From contig CM052818.1 in the NCBI GenBank assembly GCA_028534125.1, positions 8,062,001 to 8,126,000 of the forward strand: 64,000 nt of DNA. The letters are read 5' to 3'. This stretch comes from Lama glama (taxonomy: Eukaryota). Positions 24,491-36,589 of this stretch are shown here, piece after piece. Numbering within the stretch: position 1 is the first letter of the stretch; every line of letters begins with the position of its first letter. Below the pieces are notes generated by a model, which had not been told where the DNA came from, ran no database searches, and was given only the letters and a program-made list of their open reading frames with translations. The position numbers and the translations under genes are program-made.

Positions 24491-26200
24491 TGTTAATTAT
24501 GATCCTTTCTCTAAACATTTATTTAGCACCTCCTATGTGCCTGGCATTGTTCTAGGCACTGAAGATACAAAGATAAAAGTGCCCTAGCTAGTATCATAAG
24601 GAGCTAGTAGGCAGTAAATAATTAAGAGGTGCTTAAGAGTGTAGGTGTAAAGTTTTAGTAGGTAAAAATAAAAAGAAAAGAACAAATTTTAGAAGTACTT
24701 TGAATAAATGGGGAAGAGAGAAAAAAGTGATTACAATGAGAAGTAGATATGAAAGATGACCCTAAAACTGTCTGCCTGAGAAGGGAGAATGTAGGAGGTG
24801 AGACCACATGTTTATATTGTTATGGGGGAATTCCTTAAAAGGGAAATATCAGTGTTTGTCATCCAGGTATATTGCAGGGCTGGATGTAATTCAGTAGAGA
24901 TTAATTTGTGAAGTATTTTGAAATTCTTAGAACAAATGTGCCTTCTCTTATTAGTCTCTGAAACCAATAGAGATGATTAGGTCCACCTCCCCCTTGCCCT
25001 CTACCCTCTTTAAGGGCATTAACATGAAATGGCCAGTTCATTAAGTCATGTGGGACTCTTCGGTTTCTTTTCTGATTCATGTGTCTGGAATGTGTTAGGC
25101 AGTAGGGAGCAATGGCCTTTTTTATACTAACCTGGGCCCTTATGCTGTGCCTCTTGCACACATGTCTCAATATGTCTTGTCACAGAATTATCCTCTCTAG
25201 CTGGGACATGATGCCTAGGTAGGTGGGGAATTCCCCTGTTTTGTTTAAAATCATAGTTATCTTTGGGTTTGACTAGCATAGTCATGATTAGTTTACTGAC
25301 AATTGGTTTTTTTCTTTTTATGCCATATGCTATTCCATGATTCATCTGCTTTGAGTCTGTTGCCTTAAAGGTGAAACAGTTTCTTCCAATGTTGATATTT
25401 CATAATCTCGTAGATAACAAGCATACACATATGCATAGTCCTTTCAGGAGTTTTAAACATTTGGAGCTGAATGAATTATGCTGCCACAAATGGAAAGGAG
25501 CAGTATAAAATCATAATGGTGATATCCAGTCGTCTTTTGTTGGGTGGTTGGGTGAACACTGATAACAAAGCCTGTGTAATTTATTATATTTCTTTATCTC
25601 TCCTTGAGAAATTATTTCTGGTGTGTGTTATTTATGAATTTTAACATTTAACATTTTACTTTAATTGCCTTGATTTACATGAGTTTTAATATTTTAGGCA
25701 AGATCTTTATTTGTAGAAGTGCGGTTTAAATTCCAAATAAATCATAATACTTGCTGTTAATATTGTAATGGTGGCATCTTTTCTCTAATGTGTAGCAATG
25801 ACTTCAAAATTTAAGAAATCTTAATTCTGATTTAAATAGTAATCTTTGAAAATATTTTAATAGAACACATCACATTTCTGAATGTAATGCAAAGCAACTT
25901 TTTCTGCCCAGGTATTTTCTAAGTATTTAGAAGATTAGACTTATAAGCAAACATGAACTAAATTCAGTTTCTGCATGTAGCATTAATCAATGCATTTACT
26001 GTGTTGCATCATTTGGCCACCTGTATCTTTTTACTCATAATGTCAGTGATTGTTTTTCTGTGAAGAAAAACGCTTTGTAATTCCACGGTGTAGATGCACA
26101 TGTAAATATCTGTGTAAGTTGTACATTTGGAAAGAGATTTTTAAAAGATTCTAATTCTCAGTATGTCTCCCTCCTCCTCCTCCCCTTTACCTGGTTTTAG

Positions 26201-26315
26201 CTCCTCTTTGGTTCAGGTGTGCTGGTGTCCCTAAGCCTTTCCGGGCCGCAGCTGGAGAAAGTGGTGATTGACAGAAGCCTGGTGGGGAAACTCATCTCAG
26301 ACACCATCAGTGATG
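26201..26315 (+). CDS. WDPCP: WDPCP coding exon (~exon 7), LLFGSGVLVSLSLSGPQLEKVVIDRSLVGKLISDTISD
   Basis: 115 bp; acceptor cccctttacctggttttag, donor G|gtaatt; missed by the ORF track, translated by hand. Confidence 0.96.
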
Positions 26316-28534
26316 GTAATTACCCCCATGTGCAAATCAATTGCCTACATTAACGGAGGGGCGGGAGAAATGGTGTGTCAACAGGTAGACTAATTATTAC
26401 CACTGGGGACTTTCAAATACAAGTAATTGCTTGTAATGGCATAGTTTCAACCCCTGGGACCAATACAAGTTTTGACTAATATTTAATATCAAAGTTTCTG
26501 TCAAGTGTTAGGCTCATATTGTTGAGTATTTTTTACTTTTTCTTTAAAAAAAGTGAACATAATTTCAAAATAGGTTTTTTTTTCTTTTAGTGGATTGACT
26601 TTTCAAATATTTTTTATTTTCCAGTGAATTTTGGATACATAACCAAAATGTGTCAACACAGCCACCAGTTCAAACAAATAAACAAACAAAAAACCCTGTG
26701 CTTTGACTCCTAGGAAGACTGTTCCCAAAGTCCACAAATACTAACTTTTGAGAGAGTTTGGGCAGTATTTCTAAATATCAAAAATCAGTGTCAAATATAC
26801 TAGATAAATCTGAATCCTATTAAGTGATACCACTGTGAGTGTATAATTGCTACAAAGCACATTTTTAAAAAAAAGATTTTAAGCCAGTTATTGAAAAGGT
26901 AGGATACTGACATTTATTGGGCTCTAAAAGGCTCTGTGCAGTGCCACCTTACCTATTTCATTTAATTAAAAAAAAACTATTCATGATAAGGTATGGTTAT
27001 TTCCCTTTTATAGATAAGGATTTTGAAGTTGAGATACTAAGGAACATGCCTAATGAGATACTAAGGAACAGTTTAAAAATGACCGTGCTGAGATTTGAAC
27101 CCAGGTTCTGGCTGCACTACACTGTGCTGACTCCTAAAGTTTTACAATTATATTATTTTTATTCAAGGTAAAAAGAGGTCTAAGAAACAGATTGCATTAT
27201 CATTAGAGATTGAAAATGGTCAGTATCTTGAACTAAATAATCAAAGGAAAATGTGGTCTAGTGGAAAGGACAGAGGTAAGAATACAGAAACCTTCCTTCT
27301 GCTGTGTGTGCTCACTAACTACCTCGGAATAAATCTGACCCAATTTCATCTTCTTAGAGAAAAGCACTCTGCAGGATGGCTGTCATTAGCAATATCCCTG
27401 ATAATAATAAGCTGAGGGTAGGATTGTAAGTGTGCCATTTCCTCTTCCTTATAGGAACGTGGTGCTAAGGAAGCTTCCCTATGGAAGCAGTTCCATTTTC
27501 ATATGTCTAATAATTGACCCCTTCATTGACACTGCAAATAAAATAGTGGCTGTGATGATTTTGTCATATTGATGCTGCTCTATAAGAATTAAAAGAACTT
27601 CCAACACTATTCATGTCGCTGAGATATCTTTTTTCACATGTTTCTTTTATTTATACCCCAAATAATACACTCTCATGAGACCATGATAACAATGTGATTT
27701 CTTGGCAGTTCTCCAGATTTGCCTGTAATTGTGTGGATCTACTGTTGGTTACTGCTTGCACAGCCAGGGGTATGGGAGTAAAGAAAAATATATAAAACGT
27801 GTAATAATTTCTTTATGCTGGGAATAATATAAAACATTTCTCAAATTCCTACTATATGTTTTTATTAATAATTGTATAACATTAATGGTCCATTATATAA
27901 CCATGAACCATGAATATTAATTATCTACCTATTTGTGTTACAAATAAAGCTATAGAAATATTTTTGCTAATCTTCATTATTAAATATTAATTTAGGTAAC
28001 ACACATATTGGGTATAAGATGCTTTATTTCATTTAGATTTAGAACCTCAAAAAGAAGGTTCATTGATGAAAAATTTTAGAAAAAGATTGGTAGAAAATAC
28101 TGACCTTTATCCTCTAATAAATCCAACTTATTCTCAGATGGTTTATATAGCATAGGACTAAAGGCTAAGCACAAATAAAAGTAAATGTTTTCATTTTACA
28201 TTCAGGTGTGAAGCGGTCTTTATTTTATGATTTTCTTAGCCCTATTCCAAATACATCTCATTTGGAGGTTGTCCCCTAACATCAGTGTATACTGAAATGG
28301 TTTCAGGAAAAAAAGGAAAAATCCATGCATGATTAGATTGATGGTTATCGTTTATTCCCAGTATCTCTAATATCCTTGTAGAATATCATCATAGTATTTA
28401 AGAGACTTTATTATTTCAATTAATATTTACTTATCTTCTAAAAATAGCTTTTTATAATATTTCAGTGGAAAAAACTATCAATTTGTTACTATTCTAACTT
28501 AGTATCTGATTGTATTATCAATTTATTTTCAAAG

Positions 28535-28668
28535 CTCTTCTCACAGACAGCTTTATCATCTTATCATTTTTGGCACAAAACAAGCTATGTTTTATTCAGT
28601 TTACCAAGAAGATGGATTCTCCTGATACAAACAAAAGACTGGAAAAGCTCTCAGTCTTGGATTATAAG
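28535..28668 (+). CDS. WDPCP: WDPCP coding exon (~exon 8), (A)LLTDSFIILSFLAQNKLCFIQFTKKMDSPDTNKRLEKLSVLDYK
   Basis: 134 bp; acceptor atttattttcaaag, donor AAG|gtagag; peptide within ORF 28510..28719. Confidence 0.96.
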
Positions 28669-31600
28669 GTAGAGATTTCAGTTTATGCGGTCATACTGTT
28701 AATTATTAAAGTATGCTAGGGTATCACATGAGTTGATGTTATGCTCATTTTTCTTGACTGTTTCCGGGTTTCAGAAAAACCAGAGTTATTATAGGATTAA
28801 GCTTGATTAACTATGAAAAGTGCCCATCCAAAGTTTTCTTTTTAACTCCTATTATGGGGGGAGTCTAGCAATGGCATGTTTGGAGCGATTTATATAGTAC
28901 TTATGGAAGTCAGAGACAGATAATAGAGGCAAGTTACACACTGGAAAATGGTTTCCTTGCTAGTGGTAGTATATATATAATTCTCACTTTTCCTTAAGAC
29001 CTCATATCATCTTTCTGGGCAAGGATAGATGCTCTGGCTTCCATTTCACAAGAAAAGAAAGAAGGAAGAAGGCACTTTAAAAGATTAATAGAAAAATATA
29101 ATAAACAAGGAGTGGGAAGATGCTCCCTCAGCCCCGCTCCCCCACCACCCAACTATAACTGGAGAAAAATGCAAAAAGAAATCTCCTTCATGTGTTAGTA
29201 TCTCTACCTTCAGTAACTCCACATAATTTGTTTCCTTATATCAGGGATTTTACATCTGTTAAGGCAGGATTTTTATTTTAAATGATGTGCTTAGTTTAAG
29301 TTTTGCCACATTACATTTTAACTGCTTGGAAAGCATACTTTCTGCTAGGATGAGTATCTAATACATTTTCCAGGCTGTTTCAGTTCAAGGCCTCTTTTCA
29401 GCAATGACTTGTGTTTGCAAGATTGATCCAGCCTCTGTGACGTGGATTTGAGACAGTTCACTGTTCACTGGGAACAGAGCTGATATACAGCTTCCTTAAA
29501 AAAGATGCACACTTATGCCATACCTAGAGTATCTGTAACAAGGGCAGAAATTCTTAAAAGTCAGTTTTATGGCTTGAAACTTCGTGTGTGTGTTTTTGAA
29601 AAAGTAGTGTTTAACCTAACCTTTTGCCCTTTGGATTCTTATTGTGACTGAGGTGGTAGTGGTGTGGAAGGACTTAATTTTATTTGGCAGAAAAAGATCT
29701 ATTCTTATAAAGAAGATTTTTAACATGTGCTAAAATATATTAAATAAATTTTTCATTGTGGTAATAAACTACAATTTTGTTTGCCAGCTTTGTGGAGCTT
29801 CTGTGACAGTTTGGATAATACTGCACGTTTAAAACTGGAAATCAGTGGTCCTCGTGGATTAAGTTAGTAAAAAAAATTGATATTAGCATTTGTAAAAGGA
29901 TATTATTTTCCAGAATAGCTAACTGTAGATTTACTTGAAATATTGTTTACTAATACTGACATGTAAAATGCACCAATATGCACTAACTCAGACTATTAAA
30001 GTAAATGTTTTTAATGCATTTATACAAAATTTTATGTAACTAGTTATTATTATTATTAAAGCATTAGGTGTGATGGATAGTTTGTTAAAGTCTTCTCAGC
30101 TGAGGGACAGTAGCTACCCATTAATGAGAGCAGAGAGAAGCTACCAGGATATTATCTTTTCTTATGAAAAGATATGGAAAACAGATCTAGCATATGGGCC
30201 CTTAAACCTTGATTAAGGGAGTTACTTTCTTGTTAATCCATTCTGCCTTTAGATTTGAGAAATAAAGAATATGAGCACTCCACGTCATTTCTGTACAATA
30301 GAGAAGTAACCTGCTTCCCTTTGGAAAACCCATGGATTTTGTTTTCTGGTTCAATAGTTTAAATATAGATATTTACTGCTTAGTAATAAAACTGCCACTT
30401 GTCTATCGGAAGGCTGTTTTAAGAAACTTGTTCATTTCATTTGCCCTCTTGACCATCATGAAAGAATACTGATGACGTTAAAACTCATGGCAAACGTGAA
30501 ATTTCAGATAACACATGATTTGCATTATGTGAGGATTGAAAGTGCCAGTCTCTTATTTTAAGTCTGTTTCCTCATCTCGAAATTCATAATAACATGTTTA
30601 CATAGCAAGTAGGACATCAAAATAATGTGTATGTATTTTTAAGGACTTAGCAATCCCATTGTGGTATTTCTCTCAAATAAGAAGGTTAAGTAGTTACGAT
30701 AGTGATATTGAGAGCTTAACTATAAGAATTTGCACTTCAAAGCATCAAGTACATCCGTGTTGTCTGTCATTGACCATTTGGATTTTAAAACAAGGAAACA
30801 GTGTAGAGTATTATAATTCTGCTTTTCTTTAGAGCTGTACCATAATATAATTCTTTTAGATTGAAACAATTTTGGCAAAGAAAAATACAGGGTAAATATC
30901 CTGAAACTACTGACCTTTAACAAGTTTTCCTGTCAACATTTTAAAAATCCAGTTTAATTTATTTAACAGTGAAGGGACAGTACAAGGAGTTAAATGTTTA
31001 CCGTGAGTGTACAGCACTGGTAATTACTTTGATTTCAGTTTCTTTTGATGTGCTTTCAGAGGATGAAGAGGTCAGTAATATTACGGCCATGCAAATAGAA
31101 ACGGGTTCCTTTTGACCATATTTTTAAAAAATAGCAGAGGATTATTAAAGCATTAACCTTGATTTTAATGGCCTTGGTTGAGTGGTGAGATCACAATTTG
31201 GATGAGCCTGATTATTTACTAAATACAATACATAAATGCAACGGGTTCTTAACACCCATTGCACTCTGGCATTATCGCATTACTGCCATCCTTTGTTGCC
31301 TTGCAGACAGTAATATGAAAGCAATCTGTCATGTAGTGAGACTGGCTCCAGAAGCATTTCTCTGATAAGAAGACCCCCTGCCCTTTGCTAGTGTCTGGTC
31401 CAGTAGGCTTAGCCATGCGCTTAATCCCCAGAAAGTGGTTCGATTATTGCTGACCAGCAATGGCAAGATAGTTTTTTTTTTCTTCCAAGCTATCAACCTT
31501 CCATTAATTCCTTAAGCAGAAATACGGTGCAATCTATATTTCCTTGGCATGTGTCACCCAGATGGTGCCGTGCTTATGTTTTCAAATAACCATGTTCCAA

Positions 31601-32201
31601 AATAACATAGTTTGAATAATAAATTCTACAAATCCTTCCTAAGAAAGAGGAGCATAATTCTCAGAAGCTGCATAAACTTTTACACACGATGCTGTGGCTT
31701 ATCCCTTTATGCAGAATTTGTGTGTATGTGTCTCATATATTCTTTAAAGTGATTTTTGCCTCAAGTTGTTTTTCCTTTTGTTGTTGTCAGTCATTGTTAA
31801 CATGTTATGTCTTAAATAGTAGTCGGGCACTCTTGGTCAGCGGTACTGAACTTGTCATTTAATATAGTCGGTCTTAAATCCTATGTGTAGGTCGATGCTG
31901 TCAGGCAACCATGACTGTACATTTTGGTATTGATTGGGATTGCTACGAACAATTCCTCCCTAACTCACGTTTCTCCTTTTCCCTCCCTCTGCTAAAAATG
32001 GGGAGAATTGTGAACATATGTCTTTTTTATATATGTGTCAAAAGAATTCGGTAAATTCTGACACCTCCTTAAGCACATGTTTAACATGCATATTTACTTG
32101 CATTTATCTACATTTACAGATGCTTTAATTTTTTGTAATACTTTGAGGATTTTGCATTTTAAAAAAATGATTCCTGTCTGCTTTTTTTTTCAAACCATTA
32201 G

Positions 32202-32393
32202 ATTTCCTATTATGAAATACCTGGTCCGGCAAACAGGACAACACAGCGTCGTCTAGCTGTCAATCATGTTCAGGATGTAGTTGTTTGCTGGTGGCCGCTG
32301 GTCAGTGATGATGCTTGGCCTTGGGCCCCCATTTCTTCTGAGAAGGACAGAGCCAATCTGCTGCTCCTGGGTTATGCTCAAGGAAGACTGGAG
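32202..32393 (+). CDS. WDPCP: WDPCP coding exon (~exon 9), ISYYEIPGPANRTTQRRLAVNHVQDVVVCWWPLVSDDAWPWAPISSEKDRANLLLLGYAQGRLE
   Basis: 192 bp; acceptor tttttcaaaccattag, donor GAG|gtaaat; characteristic WWP...WPWAP...DRANL segment; missed by the ORF track. Confidence 0.96.
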
Positions 32394-32589
32394 GTAAATC
32401 TAAAGCAAATATATACATTTTATTGAAGAGCAAATAAAATAGGATTATTAGTTTTTCTATTCTGAAATAAATGTGAATACTTTTTTAAAGTATTTTTCTA
32501 AATATTCAACAAAGGAAATTACATACGAAATGGGATCCTTAAAAGTATCGTATCTAGAGGATACACAGACAGTTTGAGGACTGGCCTGA

Positions 32590-32800
32590 ATAACCTAGTG
32601 ATGAGTAGCAGAGACTTCTGAGTTCAAATCCTAGCTCCGTCACTACCTAGCTCTCTGTCCTTGAGCAAGTTTCTAACCTCTTTAAATGGTGGTTTCACTA
32701 TTTGAAAAATAGTTAATGAAGATAAATGTGTTAATATATACATTTAGAGCAATGTTGTGTATATTAAACGCTCAGTCACTGATCACTACTGTGACTTCTT
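32590..32800 (+). mobile_element. MIR SINE
   Basis: ctgagttcaaatcctagctccgtcactacctagctctctgtccttgagcaagtttctaacctct core. Confidence 0.75.
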
Positions 32801-33201
32801 GTTATTATCATTGTTAATATTGTCATTGCTGTTTTCTCGTGATTTCATGCCTGTTAAAGCTGTATTAACAGTCACCTTCTTTAAACTTCAGTTAGGTAAT
32901 TTACAAACATTAGTCAAATACCTGTTTTGTACAAAACCCTGTGGTACCAAACCATGGCTTGGGCAAGAATTTGTAAGGAGGGCCTTAGAGCAACAGTTTT
33001 CTCAGTCAAGTATCCTCCCGGGGACAGGAGCACCAAAAGGGTTAATCTAGGAGGTGAGGACAATATTTCACCTTATCTATTCCAGATAATGTTTCCATCA
33101 TCATTTGTTATTGTGAACCTATGGGTATTTTCAGCTTGTACCAATCAATACTTTTAGTATGAAATTTTTTCTTTTGTTAATAAGTTAAAAATGCTACCCC
33201 C

Positions 33202-33265
33202 CCTCACTGGTTTTGTTTGTTTGTTTTTGGTTTGGGTGATTTTGTTTGTTTGTTTGTTTGTTTTG
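33202..33265. repeat. (TTTG)n microsatellite, interrupted
   Basis: Direct reading. Confidence 0.85.
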
Positions 33266-35467
33266 GCTCGAGTGAAATAATATGTTCCTATGTTTGTCTC
33301 TAAATCCATTATCTTTAGGCTTTAAGAAGTATTTCTCAGGATTAGTATTCTGAGAGATAAAGAACATGTCCAAGTTTTCTCTATCCCTAACTATTTCTAG
33401 TTTTATAAATTTTAAGACTGAAGAGTCCTTTTTGATTGATAAATTTTCCTTTTTCTGGAACTTTTCCAGTTTTGTTGCAGTAACAAACCACTTGTAATGC
33501 TTTACATATGGATTTTGTGAGGCCAAGGAAGTGCTTTATTCCTTTCACTTCCTATTCATGACCACCATTTTGTTGATCTTGGGTCCAGAAGCTAACTGAA
33601 TAAAAAGTTCATCAAAATGACTTAATGCAATAAGGCTAATTAGAAGTCTATTAAATGTTGTATCTTACACTAAAAGTAAAACTAGTATAAATCAGCCTTT
33701 AGTTTTACATTACACAAATTACCTTTATTTGACATGAGTATATTACATGAAAATAGGACTGTTCAAAAAGGGTGTCGATGCCTCATCTCCTGGTGTCTCC
33801 TAGTTTATGGACTTTGGAGTTGGACAAACCTGGGTTTGCCTGTTGGTTGGACCATGTACTATGTGACTTTAATTACATTTACTCCCTCTAAGCTTCTGTC
33901 TGCTTTAACTAGTTCTGTGTTCTTTGGCCTTACGTAGATCACCTACCCTCTCTGACTTGAGTTTTCTAATTTTTAAAATGATGGATTTAAACCAGATAGG
34001 TCCCTGGCAGCTCTAAACAGTGCTCGTCTGGATTCTGAAGCACAGATCTGATTTAGCCCTCTCCTATTCAGATGCCTTCAGTAGATACTGAAACTAAACT
34101 TAGCCTTGGCACTGAAAAGCTCACCTTGACTGGCCTGACCTATCTTTCCAATGTTACTTCCTCATGCAAACCTGTGTTTTAGCCAAACAGTTTACTCACT
34201 GCCTCTTAATTTCCCACCTCCTGTCTGTACATATTACTGGTATTTCTACCTGAGAGGCCCTTCCCTCTCTTTCCACATCATTCAGCAACTACTGAGCATA
34301 ACCAGGGAGCAGCACTGTATTTCATGCCAGGGGATATGAATACAAAACTACCCCTGCCTGCAAGGATCTTAGTGTCTACTGATGACAGACAAATACAAAA
34401 CAAGTGCACTAAAGTGTTAAATGGTGCTGTGGGTAGAGCATGTGTAAATAAGAGCCAGAAGGGAATGACTGAGTCTTTTTAGAGAGATAATAAGGGGGGA
34501 CTTTAAAGAGGATTTAGTTTGCTGAAGATTGGCACACAATTTTACTTTCTTTTACTATCCTTTCTAAGTTTCGTATCAAAGTTGTACTAGCCCTTGGAGT
34601 GATTTGACTAGGCTTTTCCTTTTCTCCTCTCCAGAACAGTACCAAAAGGAATGATCTGATACTTGAATGTTTGGTAAAAACTCATGTAAAACCGCCTGGG
34701 TGTGATGTCTTTCAAGGAAGATAGATTTTTGTATAATTGATTCCATTATTCAAGGGTTGTTTGTTTTTCAGGAATTCTATTTTTTCCTTGAGTCATTTTC
34801 CTTAATTTGTATTTCTGGAAAATTATCCACTTTATTTAAGTATTTTAATAGATTTTCATAAAGTTGTATTGATATATGCACATGATTTTTAATTGTTCAT
34901 CACTGATTGCATAGTTAATGTCCCCTTTTTTGATCCTAGTATGTTAAGATATATAATTCACTTTTTTTGGCAAGTAGCTTTTATCTTGGATTTGGCCCTT
35001 TCAGTCAGTCTATCAAAATTAAACTGTTGGAAAATTTTGTAAAGATTTCTTTTTTAGAACCTCATGTGAACTTCTGTATGCAAAAGGTGAACGTCTTTTG
35101 GAAGAACTGTCTAGGGAAATAGTTTCTTTTTGTGTATGTGAAGACATAATCTTTAACTCTGAATTGTAGCACATTTTTTAGGATATAATGAACTAAACCC
35201 AGTTGTCTATAAAAGTAATATTCAGGCATATGTCTTTAAATTTTTTTCACTAGCAGATCAATAGACTTCTTGAACTAATCCTCAGAATAAATGATACCCA
35301 TGATACACTCTTAAACCCTAAAATTCAAACTAAAGAAGTCACAGCCTCATAGAGGAGAAATTTAACCTTTGCATCTATTAAACTATAGAATTTTAAAAAA
35401 TCATTTCCTATCCAAGTTCAATCAGAGAAGATAGTAAGCTTTTATTTGGACATGGCAGATCCTAGAG

Positions 35468-35633
35468 TAGTGCTTCCAGCCCTGGCAGCACCGCACAGTC
35501 ACCTGCAGAGCTTTTATATTGGGTCCCCCCCCCAGACCAGTTACAGCAGAATCCCCAGAGGGGGAGGAGGCATCAGATTTCTTTTACAGGTTCCCTAGGT
35601 GATTCTCATGTGCATCCAAGTTGAGAACCACTG
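35468..35633. mobile_element. MER5A-like hAT-Charlie MITE
   Basis: agtcacctgcagagctttt..cccagaccagtta..cagaatcc..ccctaggtgattctcatgtgcatccaagttgagaaccactg. Confidence 0.75.
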
Positions 35634-36589
35634 CTTTACAGCAAGCTAAAAAAAAAAAAAATTTAAAGCCATCTTTTTCACATAACACACCATGGAAAGG
35701 ATAAAGCCCACATACTGAACCAAATGAGAGTTTTAACAGTAGATTCTAAGTAGAAAATTGGCTTACCAAGCAGCTAAAAAGGAAGAAAACAAAGGAAACA
35801 TAGAAATAAGCTCTCTGTGACTGAATTATCTGTCTTTCAGAGGAGGAACATTTTTTAATTTATTTTTATGGATATTAGAAAACTGCTGGTCTAATTTCAC
35901 ACCACAGAGCTCTAAACAACAGTACATATCTTAATTAGAAGCATAGAACAGACAGAGTTATGTAGTTTAGGAAGAAGATTTTCTTTTGCAAATTATACAA
36001 TAGTATGCACAAAAAGCATTATCAGTAAAATTCATTTAAAAATATTTAATAGTGTTTGTGTGGATTATCATATTTAGCATGGTAGTCATTTTTATTTAAA
36101 TTCCACATACTCCTTATCCTTCCTTTTGGAAAAAGTGATCACCATCATCCTAGAACTATTTAATTCATTCACTTTGTCAAAAAATGTGATGACATCACAA
36201 CTTACTCTTGGTGGTAGTTTCAAGATATCTTACTTATAAAAGATCACTTGTATTTGTTTACCAAGTTAATCAAAAACACATAAGCTAGACTATTAAACCT
36301 TTAAACGTGTTACATTTCCCTAGCCTTAACAACCTCACAAAGATAACTTTTTCCCCATAAAAATTAAAAACCATTTTCACAGTGATTTAGAGGAGCAGCC
36401 AACTGATGGGGAAATTAAAATGTACCAACTTTTAATACAGTATAACTTGATAAAGAAACATTTAGAAAGCATTATCAATGCATTCAACTGAAAAGCCAAA
36501 ATATTTAAGAAACATCTCTTCCAAAAAAATGTATACATTGTGTTAGCTTTCAACCAGATAACCAAGATTTTCTATTTTAAAGGTGATTT

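Noticed and set aside
30470..30545. Intronic C/D box snoRNA (TGATGA)
   Set aside because: No suitably placed CTGA D-box or terminal stem
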